A stretch of 64,000 nucleotides of DNA from Promethearchaeota archaeon (GCA_048938105.1 JBHLMN010000018.1:1-64000); one strand, 5' to 3'; positions 49,987 to 61,376 are shown, numbered from the stretch's first letter. Notes: generated from the letters alone by a model not told the origin. Numbers and translations are program-made.

Positions 49987-52900
49987 TTATTCCTCTTCAC
50001 CAAGTAATTCTGTTGTTCCATAAATGTTTTGATAAGATAGAACAATAGTAGAAACAAATTTTCTTATTTCGAAGGCTGATTTTTGGATTTTTTCCTTTTT
50101 TGAGGGATCTTTATCCATAATCACATGAAAGGAGTGTACTTGATCTTGTATTTCATCTTGAAATTGGTTTAACAATGGAAATACGTTTTTATGAATTAAA
50201 ATATTGAGTGTGAGATTCTCTTGGCCTCCACGAGCTTCAGGCCTTTCTACTGCAAATCCGAAAGACAGTACACTAGTTCTTATACCCTCAGCTAAAATAA
50301 AATCGAAGTTAGATGGAATTTCCTCGTCAAAATTTTGGCCAAATCCAGTCCCACCAAAAGAGCGGTCTGAAAGTTCTACAAGTTTCGAATAATTATCCTT
50401 TAACAGCTCGGGTAATATGATAATAGGGATGGGCCCATGCCTCTGGTCAAAGAAAGAAACAATAACACCGAGTGTGTGGTTATCTAGAGAGTTTATTACT
50501 TCATTAGGATTGATATCAGCGATTTTTTGTAGTACAAGTTCTTTATCTAAACCTACAAGCTCTGGTTTGCGTATGAACTTGATATAAACGATTGAACCAA
50601 CGAAAATCACAAATATAATAACACCTGCAATTAAAAGAACCCATTGAGGCAAGCCAGGTGATTGGAATCTGAAAGTTTGATCAGGTAATCCTGTATTATC
50701 AAAGGCATACTCATTAATATTTCCATCACCATCTCTAGTCGATATCCGATAGTGAATTTCAATATCTGATTGGTTATGCTGGAAATCTACTGTTACTGAA
50801 TATAAAAAGACATTATCAGATTTATTTTGAAAGATCATTTTAGAATGATGCAGTTCTGTTTGCAGAACAGTAGCCCCAAGTCCAGCAGTACCTTCAGTTT
50901 CGCTTACAGGTACGAAATAATAGAAAAGTATAACTTCTGAGATATTTGAGCCAAATTCTTCCACTTCTGCATAAAAAATAAGACTAGTGGGATCATACTC
51001 ATCATCCTTTATGAACCAAGCATCAATGACTCGTGGAGGAGATTTATCCAACAGAGTAAAAATATAATCCTTCTCATTAGTAATATAAAAAACATCAGAA
51101 TATTCAACAGTAGTTCTGACTGTAATTCTCATTGTTGCATTTGTATTAAGAAATGCAAAATCATGTAGCGTATAAGGTAGAATCCAATAACCAGTAGCAT
51201 TAGGAAAGTTTGTTATCGTATTCACAATTGGTACAGTGGACTTGTTCAGAAAAATTTCAAACCTAACATCAACAATCTGATTATCGAGAGAATCATGTGC
51301 TTTTACAGCAAATTGATATAAGCCTTCTGATTCTGTGTAAATATACGAAACAAACTCTTGAATTGCTGGGCGACTTTCAATGAATATTGACATGCTAATT
51401 AATGATCCATTATCGAATCCATCAAAAGGTCGAATCTGCACAGTCCAATTTTGACCAGGATGAGTTTGATCTTGAGGAATCAACCTCAGATTGTCATATT
51501 GCGATTGATATGAACCATTAACGTACCAATTAAAGAAAGATAAGTCACTATCTCCTAGATCGATATCTAAGAGCGTTAAACTTACATTAATATCTTCATC
51601 TTCAATCAGGAAATCTGGAAATTCATTTCCAACTAGCTTAAGTATTTTAATCTCAGGAGCTTTATTCACAATAAAAATTTCTTGTGAACTATAATTCAAT
51701 GACCAATTTTCACCGTCATCAGTGATTTGGACACGAGCGAACCATGATTCGCCCTTTGAAATCTCCGTAGCTGGAATTTCTTCCCAATTATCGTATTCAG
51801 GTTGATAAGTACCGTTTTTGAACCAATAAATGAAGGTATATTGCCATAATATGGGATCTTGATCTGGATCTGTGTTGTTAATATCTTGAATGGGATCAAG
51901 GATTAAGCTTGTGTCTGCATAAGTTTGAGTCGCATTCTTGTTACTACTCCATATTGTAACTTCTGTAATAATCGGAGGACTATTTAAGATAGTAATCGGA
52001 TCAGAAGTATATATGATGCTATAATCAAAACCATCAAAAACTTGTATCTCGATTCTCCAACTATCCCCTTTAGTAGTATTTATAGCAGGAATCATAGTAG
52101 AATTTTCAAACTTATCTTGCTCTATTCCCTTGTTGAACCACTTAATAAAGGCTACATAGGAGTCTACAGGGTCGTCATCTTCGTCAAAAAAATCCCAAGA
52201 TATGTTTAAAGAATCAACTGTATATGCAGGAAGGTCTAATCCGTTTGGTTGGATTTTTACATCATATACAATAGGTAATGAGTTAACAATAATAATATTT
52301 GAGCTAATGTTTGGTTCTATTCCCCAATTTATACCATCAAAAGGTTGAACATAGACAGAAATATTATCCCCTCTAGAGAAGGTATTACAAGAAAGACGGA
52401 TTCGTACATGAATCTGATTTCCAATTTGATCAAAATCTATTATAGTTCCATTTTCTGTGTCTGGGATAGGGGTACTATTATTGTACCATAAAATTAGTGT
52501 TTCTGACAGAGTAATATTATCTCCATCATAATCAAAATAAATAAACATTAAATCTAAGTCCATATCCGATTTTGTTTCTAGGTTAACCTCATAGAATTCA
52601 GTAATTATGGGAGGACTATTATTTATTATAATAGCAGGTGAAGTTACCCAGTCACCAAAATCGCCCCAACGATCACGTGGCCTAACACTAACGTTCCAAA
52701 TGTCTCCACGGGATAAATAGCTAATTGGTACAAAAAATGATGATATTTCTTCCACTAAAGTCCCATTTCTAAACCATTTATATTCAGCATCAGTGACTAA
52801 ACCATTTTCATCATATTCAATATCATAAAGGGCATTACTTTCCCCGGAATCGGGATCCAAAGTAGTATAATTGACATAAAGGACTTTAGAGGCATAAAAA

Positions 52901-55900
52901 ATTGTTGTAATATTATTAGGGCCATGAATATAAGGGGATCCATCAATTGTTGGAGCAGCATTATCGATGATTAAGTACACTCTATATTTTTGCCATATTT
53001 CACCTAGGCTTTCCCCATCATGGGGAGTAATTTGGACGGTGATATAATCTCCTGCAACAAAATATGTGCTTAATAAGTCCAAAGTTCCATTGACTTTATG
53101 TATTTCATCTCCATTTCTTTCAACGGTCCAATTAATCTTAGTTCTTGCTAGGTCTAAGTCATCACCATCAGCATCATTAATATAGGGATCAAGAAGAACA
53201 CTAATATCATCTAATGTGTTTAATCCTCCAGTTAATGTTACATCATCAAGTGACATGAGCGAGTTTTGAATAGTTATTTTTTCTGATGTATAATTTCCTG
53301 ACCATTCCGTTCCATCAAAGACACGAATAACAAAAGTCCAATTTTCTCCCTTTGCTGTATAACTTGAAGGCACAGAAGTTTTATTATTTAGACTCGGTAC
53401 TTCCTTAGTTCCATTTTTCCACACAATGGACAAATTAACCATAAGATCATTATCAATATCATGATAATATTCAATATAGTTTGCAATAAGGGTATTTGTG
53501 GTATACGCGGTAGTGGATGGATATATTTCAACTGATAATAGTTCAGGAGCCGTGTTTTCAATCATTATCGTGGCATTGGTACTCCAATTGCCATAGTCTC
53601 CGTAAATATCTTGTGGTTTCACTTCTACTGTCCAGTTGTCTCCTTTAATAAGAGGAGCAATATCAAGAATTTTAAATGTTGGTCCATCAAATTGAGATTG
53701 ATAAATGTCATTTCTATACCAACGGAAAATGGTAATCCCCTCATTATCTCCATCAGGGTCAGAATAGGTATAGCTTACATTTAAATACCCACCAGCTACC
53801 TGATTGCTAAGTGTTAAATTCACCATTAGTGCTTCTGGAGGTTTATTTGGAGGTACTCCAATACTCATGGTTGCAGAAGAAATCCAGCCACTAAAGTTCG
53901 TTCCATCGCTTATATTCATTTCAACACGCCATAGATCATTATTAGTTGTGTTTCCACTCTTAATTACCAATGTATTGGTATAATTAAGCACCCAACTTCC
54001 CAAGCTATAGATATACCACCTTATTTCTAGTGACTCATTTGGATCTGAATCAGCGTCAAAATATGTATAGTTTGCAATCAAATCATCAGTAGACAATATT
54101 TCTGCAGGTATTGTATTATTATTTATATCTACAATCAAAGTCGGTGGAGTATTTCCAATAGTAATTTGGTTAGAAACAGTAAATACTCCAAAATTCTGCC
54201 CATCATACGGAGTAATAATATAATAGAAAATATAACTCTTATTTGTGGCACTAGGTGGTACCTCTGTTTGATTTTCAAAGTTTGTTAGCTCAAGAAATCC
54301 AGAACCATTCCTATAATCACAATACCATCTGATCAAAGACCCCTGTTCTATATCACTTGGATCAGGATCAATCCAATCATAGGAGGCAGTTAGAGTATTC
54401 CCTGTGAGAGGATCACTCGGATAAATAATCACATTCTTTGTGGCAGGAGCAGAATTCTGAATTGTAATAATAATTTCTGAAGCAATCATATCTCCAAAAT
54501 CCTTCCCATCTCGAGGTTTTACTGTTGCATTCCAAATTTCACCCCTCACTAGCGCACTTGAAGGAATTTGTGTTTCATCGTTATATGCTGGTTGTAACTT
54601 CCATTCTGTTCCATTCCATAGATACCATCGAATCTCTGTTCCAGATTCGGTATATCCTTCAGCATCGAAGTAATCATAAAGTAGATATAGAGTGTCGTTG
54701 CTAGTAACCGGTAATTCCTCTGAAAATGCATCTCTGGATAAGGATACATTCTCAGCAATAGGTACGAGATTCGGAGCATATCCTGGATGTTCAGATGAGG
54801 TGTATGTATTTCCTTTAGTATCATTCACCTTAACCACAAAGTTAATAGATCCTTCAATCATGACAAGAGTATTATTCATAAACCCTGATGTTGTATTTTG
54901 CATTATTGCCCATAATGCACTTAAATCTCCCATATTCTCATGATACGTTACGTTTACAATAACAGTATTGATTTTGCCCCAGGAATCAGAAACATTTGCT
55001 TTAAAAGTACCATATGGCCCTTCATCAGTAAAAAAGGCCCAATCATCAACATTTGGGGCTATTGTGTCATAATCGAAGGTGTGGTTGCCCTCAATAGAGG
55101 CTTTTTTTAGAGTGTTATCGAAAGTATCAGATGCATTAACAATTTGATAAGTATAATAATCATCGTAGTTAATTGAGAGAGGTTGATAAATCCATATGTC
55201 GCTAGCATTCTTACTCATATCAACTTCTATAATTCCGTTAAGTAACAACTTTACATTAGTTACTGTTGAAAATGAATCAGTGACATTTGCCCAAAATGTT
55301 GGATTTCCATCACCTGGATCGTCAACACCAAAGCTATCAATTACAGGAGGAGTCTTATCGGTATAAAGTGTTAGTGCATGAATATAAATATCCTGTTCTA
55401 TACTTTCGGCATAGATTTGTATTCTATTTTCTGAATCGATTCCACTACCACCCATCAACCATTGGTCACCACCTACATCATAACGAGGAAATGTCCAACT
55501 TTGGCCATATTTTCTAGCTATATTCTTATAATCTGCGTAACCACCGGTCGATTCATACTGTAAAATGACTCCTGAAGCATTAGAAGGTACAGTAGAATAA
55601 CTGTCTAAGTCTCGTATAGTCCATCCTGGGTATGGTGCTGAAATACTATCCCTGTTTGTGTCTAACCAGTCAATGCTATCCTTTACTTCTGCGATTAAGA
55701 AAAATTTGGCTGCCCTCCCACTAGTAATGTAATATTCAAATTGGTCATTTGCATCGATTTTGACGAAAAAAACTCCACAATTATATTCTTCCCACTCTCT
55801 AAATGTCATAGAATCAGTAGAACCAACAGCTCTGACCAATATTGTTGCATCTTGATCAGATGTTGATTGTCCAAAAAGGATAACTCCTGTTGTAGTGTCA

Positions 55901-57729
55901 TCTACGCCACTAATAGTAATCTTATTCCATGATGAGTCAGCAGTTAAACTTCCTAAATCAGAAGCAACTCTTTTAAATTGTGGATCCGAGCCTACAGTAT
56001 AACCCATAACATAAAGTCTCGAGGATGCACTTTGTCGCCAAGTATCAATATATTTATGTTCACTAAGCTTAACTATTTGCATTCTCCACGTTTCTTCTTC
56101 AATTCTACAATAATTAGAGCCCCCATTCATGAAATCATTAGTATCCTGTGATCCTCGGGCAACAGCATGACGAACATAAATACTATCTTCAACCCAAGTT
56201 AATATTACACCTGTGGCATTGCTAGGAATGCTGTCATCTGATAAATCCTGTTGTACCCAAGAACTATATGTCATCCCTAAATTCACTTCATCTGGGCTAT
56301 CAAGCCAAATAAATCCAGAATCATCCCCTAAAACCTGTTCTGGACCTTCTACAATCAACAAGACTGAGTCAATCTCCCACCAATCTTGAATACTATCAGT
56401 AGAGGTTGTTGAACCACCAAATTTAATCGTAAATGTTGGACTAGTAAGTGTAACTGTGAAATTATTCCATGTGGAAGCTGTTAGATCTGAAGTAATCAAC
56501 TCCCAAGAGTCCCCATCCCAATAAGTTACATTAATATCTTCAATTCCTCCAAATGAGCCTGTTTTGATACATAATTCCTCTGCAATACTTCCAGAGTCAT
56601 AAACTCCAGCAAATTGAGCTTCTAGATCTAATTGATAATCAGTTCCAGTTCCACCACCAGAAAAACCTGAAGGAACATCAGTGGAAAATGTGCCGCCACT
56701 ACCAGCCTCAACACAATTGGATGAGCCAGCAGAGTCAGTTAAATCATTGTCAAACTCATAATAATGGACTAGATTGCTTTCCGAACCTGATAATTTAGTT
56801 TTATAATCATTCTGAATAGCCGAAAGGCTTCTATCAGTGTCATAATAGCGAAAATCATCAACATGCCCATCGACTTCATAACCACTGTTTCTGGAGTTCA
56901 TAATATTATTTTGAATGACTCCAATAGTGCTTACTGCACCTGTCCATGTTGAAGTAGAAGCCACCTGAGAAGGTTGATTATTCTCATCTCCCTCGTAAAT
57001 GTAAATAGTATTCGCAATTTCATCCCAAGTTACAGCCCAAAAATACCATGTATTAGTCGTAAAACCATGAGTATAAAGTAATGCATCAGTTACCCCCCAA
57101 TCTAGATGTAATTCCGAATTTCCAATTCCACCAAATCTAATCTCAAAATCAGTATGTTGACCCCAGAAACGACCACTAATAGAGTCAAACTTTAACCACA
57201 GAGAAATTGTGCCTGATGTTGAACCAAAATCTGTTAAACCACCAGAACCAACCTGTAAAAAATTCCCAAAACCACCAGGAGCATCCCAAGAATGCGTGTT
57301 GCCACTGGAAGGAATTACTTCTGTCATGTTATCATAAATTGAATCTGTTGCCTGTATATTACTAAACAAGTCATGGCTGCCTAAATCAGGACTTGAATCA
57401 ACATCAGATGTCAAGTCTACATAGTCTTCAATCGTTCCTCCTCCTGGTCCTTGAATTTTATGATGAATTCCAATTGAAAAATTATTATTTGCTTGAAAAT
57501 TAATTTCAGAAGATTCAAGTTCTATTCGAGGTGACCTCATAAGTCTTGATACTGCCTGATTGCTTCTATTTTCCTCTTTTGATATTCTGAAACCTCTTAA
57601 TAGCTCCAACGCAATCGAATTTGAATCTTCATAATTTACTGTTTGGATTGGAATAGAAAATGAAACAATATTAAGTACAAAAAAACAAGTAAAAAAACCG
57701 AGAATGAAATTTTTATGGCGTATTAACAT
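49987..57729 (-). CDS. Giant single-pass surface protein: LamG domain, about 11 cadherin/Ig-like repeats, TM and cytoplasmic uDENN/longin-like domain
   Basis: Signal peptide; LamG (GTISLW...WYFWAVTWD...GHVDDFRYY); NxxP/DxDxD/PxDG repeats; TM WVLLIAGVIIFVIFVGSIVYI; tail IVSFFDQRHGPIP...ARGG. Confidence 0.85.
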   Translation of the reverse strand: MLIRHKNFILGFFTCFFVLNIVSFSIPIQTVNYEDSNSIALELLRGFRISKEENRSNQAVSRLMRSPRIELESSEINFQANNNFSIGIHHKIQGPGGGTIEDYVDLTSDVDSSPDLGSHDLFSNIQATDSIYDNMTEVIPSSGNTHSWDAPGGFGNFLQVGSGGLTDFGSTSGTISLWLKFDSISGRFWGQHTDFEIRFGGIGNSELHLDWGVTDALLYTHGFTTNTWYFWAVTWDEIANTIYIYEGDENNQPSQVASTSTWTGAVSTIGVIQNNIMNSRNSGYEVDGHVDDFRYYDTDRSLSAIQNDYKTKLSGSESNLVHYYEFDNDLTDSAGSSNCVEAGSGGTFSTDVPSGFSGGGTGTDYQLDLEAQFAGVYDSGSIAEELCIKTGSFGGIEDINVTYWDGDSWELITSDLTASTWNNFTVTLTSPTFTIKFGGSTTSTDSIQDWWEIDSVLLIVEGPEQVLGDDSGFIWLDSPDEVNLGMTYSSWVQQDLSDDSIPSNATGVILTWVEDSIYVRHAVARGSQDTNDFMNGGSNYCRIEEETWRMQIVKLSEHKYIDTWRQSASSRLYVMGYTVGSDPQFKRVASDLGSLTADSSWNKITISGVDDTTTGVILFGQSTSDQDATILVRAVGSTDSMTFREWEEYNCGVFFVKIDANDQFEYYITSGRAAKFFLIAEVKDSIDWLDTNRDSISAPYPGWTIRDLDSYSTVPSNASGVILQYESTGGYADYKNIARKYGQSWTFPRYDVGGDQWLMGGSGIDSENRIQIYAESIEQDIYIHALTLYTDKTPPVIDSFGVDDPGDGNPTFWANVTDSFSTVTNVKLLLNGIIEVDMSKNASDIWIYQPLSINYDDYYTYQIVNASDTFDNTLKKASIEGNHTFDYDTIAPNVDDWAFFTDEGPYGTFKANVSDSWGKINTVIVNVTYHENMGDLSALWAIMQNTTSGFMNNTLVMIEGSINFVVKVNDTKGNTYTSSEHPGYAPNLVPIAENVSLSRDAFSEELPVTSNDTLYLLYDYFDAEGYTESGTEIRWYLWNGTEWKLQPAYNDETQIPSSALVRGEIWNATVKPRDGKDFGDMIASEIIITIQNSAPATKNVIIYPSDPLTGNTLTASYDWIDPDPSDIEQGSLIRWYCDYRNGSGFLELTNFENQTEVPPSATNKSYIFYYIITPYDGQNFGVFTVSNQITIGNTPPTLIVDINNNTIPAEILSTDDLIANYTYFDADSDPNESLEIRWYIYSLGSWVLNYTNTLVIKSGNTTNNDLWRVEMNISDGTNFSGWISSATMSIGVPPNKPPEALMVNLTLSNQVAGGYLNVSYTYSDPDGDNEGITIFRWYRNDIYQSQFDGPTFKILDIAPLIKGDNWTVEVKPQDIYGDYGNWSTNATIMIENTAPELLSVEIYPSTTAYTTNTLIANYIEYYHDIDNDLMVNLSIVWKNGTKEVPSLNNKTSVPSSYTAKGENWTFVIRVFDGTEWSGNYTSEKITIQNSLMSLDDVTLTGGLNTLDDISVLLDPYINDADGDDLDLARTKINWTVERNGDEIHKVNGTLDLLSTYFVAGDYITVQITPHDGESLGEIWQKYRVYLIIDNAAPTIDGSPYIHGPNNITTIFYASKVLYVNYTTLDPDSGESNALYDIEYDENGLVTDAEYKWFRNGTLVEEISSFFVPISYLSRGDIWNVSVRPRDRWGDFGDWVTSPAIIINNSPPIITEFYEVNLETKSDMDLDLMFIYFDYDGDNITLSETLILWYNNSTPIPDTENGTIIDFDQIGNQIHVRIRLSCNTFSRGDNISVYVQPFDGINWGIEPNISSNIIIVNSLPIVYDVKIQPNGLDLPAYTVDSLNISWDFFDEDDDPVDSYVAFIKWFNKGIEQDKFENSTMIPAINTTKGDSWRIEIQVFDGFDYSIIYTSDPITILNSPPIITEVTIWSSNKNATQTYADTSLILDPIQDINNTDPDQDPILWQYTFIYWFKNGTYQPEYDNWEEIPATEISKGESWFARVQITDDGENWSLNYSSQEIFIVNKAPEIKILKLVGNEFPDFLIEDEDINVSLTLLDIDLGDSDLSFFNWYVNGSYQSQYDNLRLIPQDQTHPGQNWTVQIRPFDGFDNGSLISMSIFIESRPAIQEFVSYIYTESEGLYQFAVKAHDSLDNQIVDVRFEIFLNKSTVPIVNTITNFPNATGYWILPYTLHDFAFLNTNATMRITVRTTVEYSDVFYITNEKDYIFTLLDKSPPRVIDAWFIKDDEYDPTSLIFYAEVEEFGSNISEVILFYYFVPVSETEGTAGLGATVLQTELHHSKMIFQNKSDNVFLYSVTVDFQHNQSDIEIHYRISTRDGDGNINEYAFDNTGLPDQTFRFQSPGLPQWVLLIAGVIIFVIFVGSIVYIKFIRKPELVGLDKELVLQKIADINPNEVINSLDNHTLGVIVSFFDQRHGPIPIIILPELLKDNYSKLVELSDRSFGGTGFGQNFDEEIPSNFDFILAEGIRTSVLSFGFAVERPEARGGQENLTLNILIHKNVFPLLNQFQDEIQDQVHSFHVIMDKDPSKKEKIQKSAFEIRKFVSTIVLSYQNIYGTTELLGEEE

Positions 57730-57967
57730 CGAAATCCCTAAATCTTTGTTTAATTGAATTATAATAGTCGTTAAAAATTAGAAGCTCTGTATTATTTGGA
57801 TAGGATAAGTTATTGAAGTAAATTTAGCTTTATATTGTTTAGAATATTATAAGGCTTGCTGAACAAAACCTCCGTATTAAAATATCTATGTAAATTTTAA
57901 TCATCAAACATCCCATTATATCGAGAATTGATGGTCAGCTTGAGTAACGCCTCAATCATCGATTTCT

Positions 57968-60157
57968 TCAATCCAGATCTTTTTCAAGAAGAGCTAAGTA
58001 CTCCTTTAGTTCTCTAGATGTTTGATCTTCTACCACTTCAAATTCAGGTTTTAATACTTCCTTCGGTCTTATTCCTTCTGATTCTGATTCAATTACCTTT
58101 TTTATAGTTTCTTGGATGACTCGTGCTGCAAAATCTAAAGCACCATCTTTATCAATTGGGAGTTGTATCGCTTCCTTAAGAAGCCGCTTTAACTGATCTA
58201 TTTTGATAGATTCCACAACATTAACCTGAGCTATTGGAAATCCTCGCTGCACAAAGTCAATTAAAACTCCTTTCTTGGCTTTATAAACAGTAAACGCTAA
58301 TTGTTCACTATCAGGGAGCATGAGATAATTAGTATCTACTTCAATCTGCATAGGAATTATAAAATTAACAGTTTCAGTTAAATATCCTTGTTCTTTCCGA
58401 CTTCTTTTAGTTGTCACTTCACTGGTAGATTTCAAGGTTTTCTTTTGCAACTGTCTTAAAGATTCGTGAATAATTTTTGTTGCAAAATGCATAGAACCCA
58501 ATCCTTCCTCAAAGAATCCCATATTCTGCATATTAAGTTCATATGCTAATAAATACAGAATTTCATCAGAAGTGATCTTTGATGAGACTTTTGCACTTCC
58601 AATTAACTCTGTTTGACCAACAAGCCCTAAAAAATGAAAAGAAATAATTGCGTTTAAACCTTCATCAACAAGATCGATTTTAAATCCCAACCCCTTGATA
58701 TTAGGAATAGCGATTATCCCGTTGTTCGTTTCAGCCTCTACAGGAATATCAACTTCTGTCAATTCCACTGGTTTTTCTTCAACAATCTCTTCTACAGCTT
58801 CTTTTTTCTTCTTTTTCATTTTTTCTGGGATTAAATATTTCTCTAGTATTTCTTCAATAGACATCTTTGGTTTTTCAGCTATAAAGACCAAACACTTAAC
58901 AAAATCTTCTTCTTTAAGTCGTGATTTTAAATAGGCACCAAAAAGCTGTAAAAGTTTGTCATCGGTTATATTTTTGTATTTTTTATCCCCTTGAGACTTT
59001 TTAATGAATGGTAAATATTTGAAAAAAACATCAAGAAGAAGAGGGATTTCAATACCGATTTTAGCTGCTGTCTCAAAGATAATATCATATCCAGATTCGA
59101 CAATCTCTGTGGCTTTATCAGGTTCAATTCGGAAAAAATCTACGAAGTAACTAATTCTCGGGTTGATTTGAACACTTTCCCTTTTTTCAACTAGTTTTTC
59201 TTCATTTACAACTGATATAATGTGTTCTTTATGTTTTGTCGGCGTAAGAACTGAATCTTGGCCCACAAATTCATCCGCATATGGTTGAGGACTCACATCA
59301 ACATGTGTTAATGTTGTTTCCGAAATAGACTCTTCTTCAGCAGCATTACCCAGGAATATTCCTCCTTGAGATAATGCCTCAGGATCTGTTTTTACAGCTG
59401 ACTCCATCAACCGTTGTAATTTACTTAATATAGCAGGATCTCCAGCCATTTTAGGAGTAATAGTTTCTACAGGTTGATTAGCTACAACAGCTGAAGGCCT
59501 TCGAAGTGTCATTCCAGTTTCATGAAATTCTTCAATCTCACCAATCTCACGCCCCTCAACAAATTCACTCTTAGAGATTTCTGGGATTACAAGTTCAATT
59601 ATTCTTCCAAAAGCGTTGATTACACTTTCTGGACGATAGATTGTAGTTCTAAAGAATTTAAGTGGCCCTTTAGGATATTCTAATTGAAGTTGTTCTTTTA
59701 GCTGTTCATGTATTGATTCATAGTTTGGTGAGTCAACCAAAAGATCGTTCTTATGTAGAAAAACAAAAGTCTCTGTATGAGGAGAATAAGTATTAATTTT
59801 TTCAAGACATGCTTTGAAATATTCAATAGCATTGTTTCGGGAAGTTTTGTTGGCTACATCGATTAAGAATATAAAAATTTTAACACTACTGAATACAAAT
59901 GGGCTAAAACCACTTAAAAAACGCTTCAGAAAGACCTTTTGACCACCTAAATCCATTATGGTTATTGGTGTATCACGAATTGTAATAGACATTCGTTCAT
60001 AATTAATTGTAGCTGAAAGACTGTCAACGTCCTCCGCACGTTGTTTGAGGAAAAATATACGTTTGACCGCAGTTTTTCCTGCTTCAGATAATCCTGCTAT
60101 CAATATTTTGTATCCTAGCTTCGCAGCTAATTCTGCGTCAGAAACCCATTCGCTCAT
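57968..60157 (-). CDS. Rag/Gtr-like small GTPase with long C-terminal extension
   Basis: GLSEAGKT, ATINY, DLGGQ, HKND and TTIY motifs. Confidence 0.9.
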   Translation of the reverse strand: MSEWVSDAELAAKLGYKILIAGLSEAGKTAVKRIFFLKQRAEDVDSLSATINYERMSITIRDTPITIMDLGGQKVFLKRFLSGFSPFVFSSVKIFIFLIDVANKTSRNNAIEYFKACLEKINTYSPHTETFVFLHKNDLLVDSPNYESIHEQLKEQLQLEYPKGPLKFFRTTIYRPESVINAFGRIIELVIPEISKSEFVEGREIGEIEEFHETGMTLRRPSAVVANQPVETITPKMAGDPAILSKLQRLMESAVKTDPEALSQGGIFLGNAAEEESISETTLTHVDVSPQPYADEFVGQDSVLTPTKHKEHIISVVNEEKLVEKRESVQINPRISYFVDFFRIEPDKATEIVESGYDIIFETAAKIGIEIPLLLDVFFKYLPFIKKSQGDKKYKNITDDKLLQLFGAYLKSRLKEEDFVKCLVFIAEKPKMSIEEILEKYLIPEKMKKKKKEAVEEIVEEKPVELTEVDIPVEAETNNGIIAIPNIKGLGFKIDLVDEGLNAIISFHFLGLVGQTELIGSAKVSSKITSDEILYLLAYELNMQNMGFFEEGLGSMHFATKIIHESLRQLQKKTLKSTSEVTTKRSRKEQGYLTETVNFIIPMQIEVDTNYLMLPDSEQLAFTVYKAKKGVLIDFVQRGFPIAQVNVVESIKIDQLKRLLKEAIQLPIDKDGALDFAARVIQETIKKVIESESEGIRPKEVLKPEFEVVEDQTSRELKEYLALLEKDLD

Positions 60158-60444
60158 TAGTCACTAACCTGTAAAGTCATTCATTGAGTCGTTTATTATA
60201 AAATTCTAAAATTTTTCCCAAGTTTTACTCACATTACTTATGATCTGTGATATCGAGATTAAGTACCTAATAAAAATCTTAAGGAATTCTTGTTGTGAGA
60301 AATAATAAGGCATATTAATCTATTTTGATCAGAAGCACTAACAATACAATGAGGATATTTTATATATCGTAGAACAAGTTATTATTACTTGAATTCTAAC
60401 TTACATTTAATCAGCATTTAAAGAAGATTCCGAGGGTTACATCC

Positions 60445-61347
60445 GTGTCAGCAGTAGCAAAACAAAAAGTTCTTTTTATGGGCCTTGGTGCTTCAGGTAA
60501 ATCAAGTATACGCTCGGTAGTCTTCGAAGGAAAATCAGTGGAAGATGTCAAAGATTATAATGCAACGATAAATTATACCCGATCTTCTAAAAGTATAATT
60601 GATAGTGCATTTCAAATTTTTGATTGTGGGGGTCAAGAAGCGTTTATTTCCGTCTTTGTTGGAGAACAAGCGGAATTTATTTTTAGCGATGTTTCTATAT
60701 TAGTTTGGGTCGTAGATGTTTCCAATTTCGATGTAGTTAGTACCTCAAAATTCTATTTTGATTTAGCTGTTAAAAAATTAAGTGAATACTCACCTGATTC
60801 TGTAATTTTTTGTCTCTTTCATAAGATTGATCTTCTACTATTGGATATGAAGGAACAAGTTGTAACAACCATGAAAAGTTATTTTACAGCTGAAGAATCG
60901 TTTAATGTTCATTATCGGGGAACATCAATTTATGACAACTCGATTTTTTTAGCTGTGGGAGAGATGGTACAAACCTTAATTCTAAAAACTACAAAAGCTA
61001 AAACCGTCTCTGAGGCTATTCAGGAATTCATGCAAGCACACAGAGAGTTATCAGGAATCGCAGTTTATTCAGATGATGGATTACCTGTATTTGAGGAAGG
61101 AGAAATGGCTGATCAAATTATTCTTCCTGCTAATCTTTGGCTAACAAATTACGACAGGCTAAGTAATGAGTTTGCTTCTGACATAACTTTTAAAACTACT
61201 TTAGAAACAAATGACTACATTTTTATTTTTCAAAAACTTAAAGGGGAGCTGCTTCTGTCAGGTATAGCGCAAAAAGTTGCTCCACTTCAATATGTGCTTG
61301 TTAAAATGGAACAGCTTGCTGAAATTATAAGCAAGTTATTGCAATAG
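60445..61347 (+). CDS. RagA/Gtr1-like GTPase with C-terminal roadblock-like domain
   Basis: GLGASGKS, ATINY, DCGGQ, FCLFHKIDL and TSIYD; C-terminal GIAVYSDDGLPV. Confidence 0.92.
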   Translation: MSAVAKQKVLFMGLGASGKSSIRSVVFEGKSVEDVKDYNATINYTRSSKSIIDSAFQIFDCGGQEAFISVFVGEQAEFIFSDVSILVWVVDVSNFDVVSTSKFYFDLAVKKLSEYSPDSVIFCLFHKIDLLLLDMKEQVVTTMKSYFTAEESFNVHYRGTSIYDNSIFLAVGEMVQTLILKTTKAKTVSEAIQEFMQAHRELSGIAVYSDDGLPVFEEGEMADQIILPANLWLTNYDRLSNEFASDITFKTTLETNDYIFIFQKLKGELLLSGIAQKVAPLQYVLVKMEQLAEIISKLLQ

Positions 61348-61376
61348 CTGTTTTTACAAAACTTTACATTTCTTTG

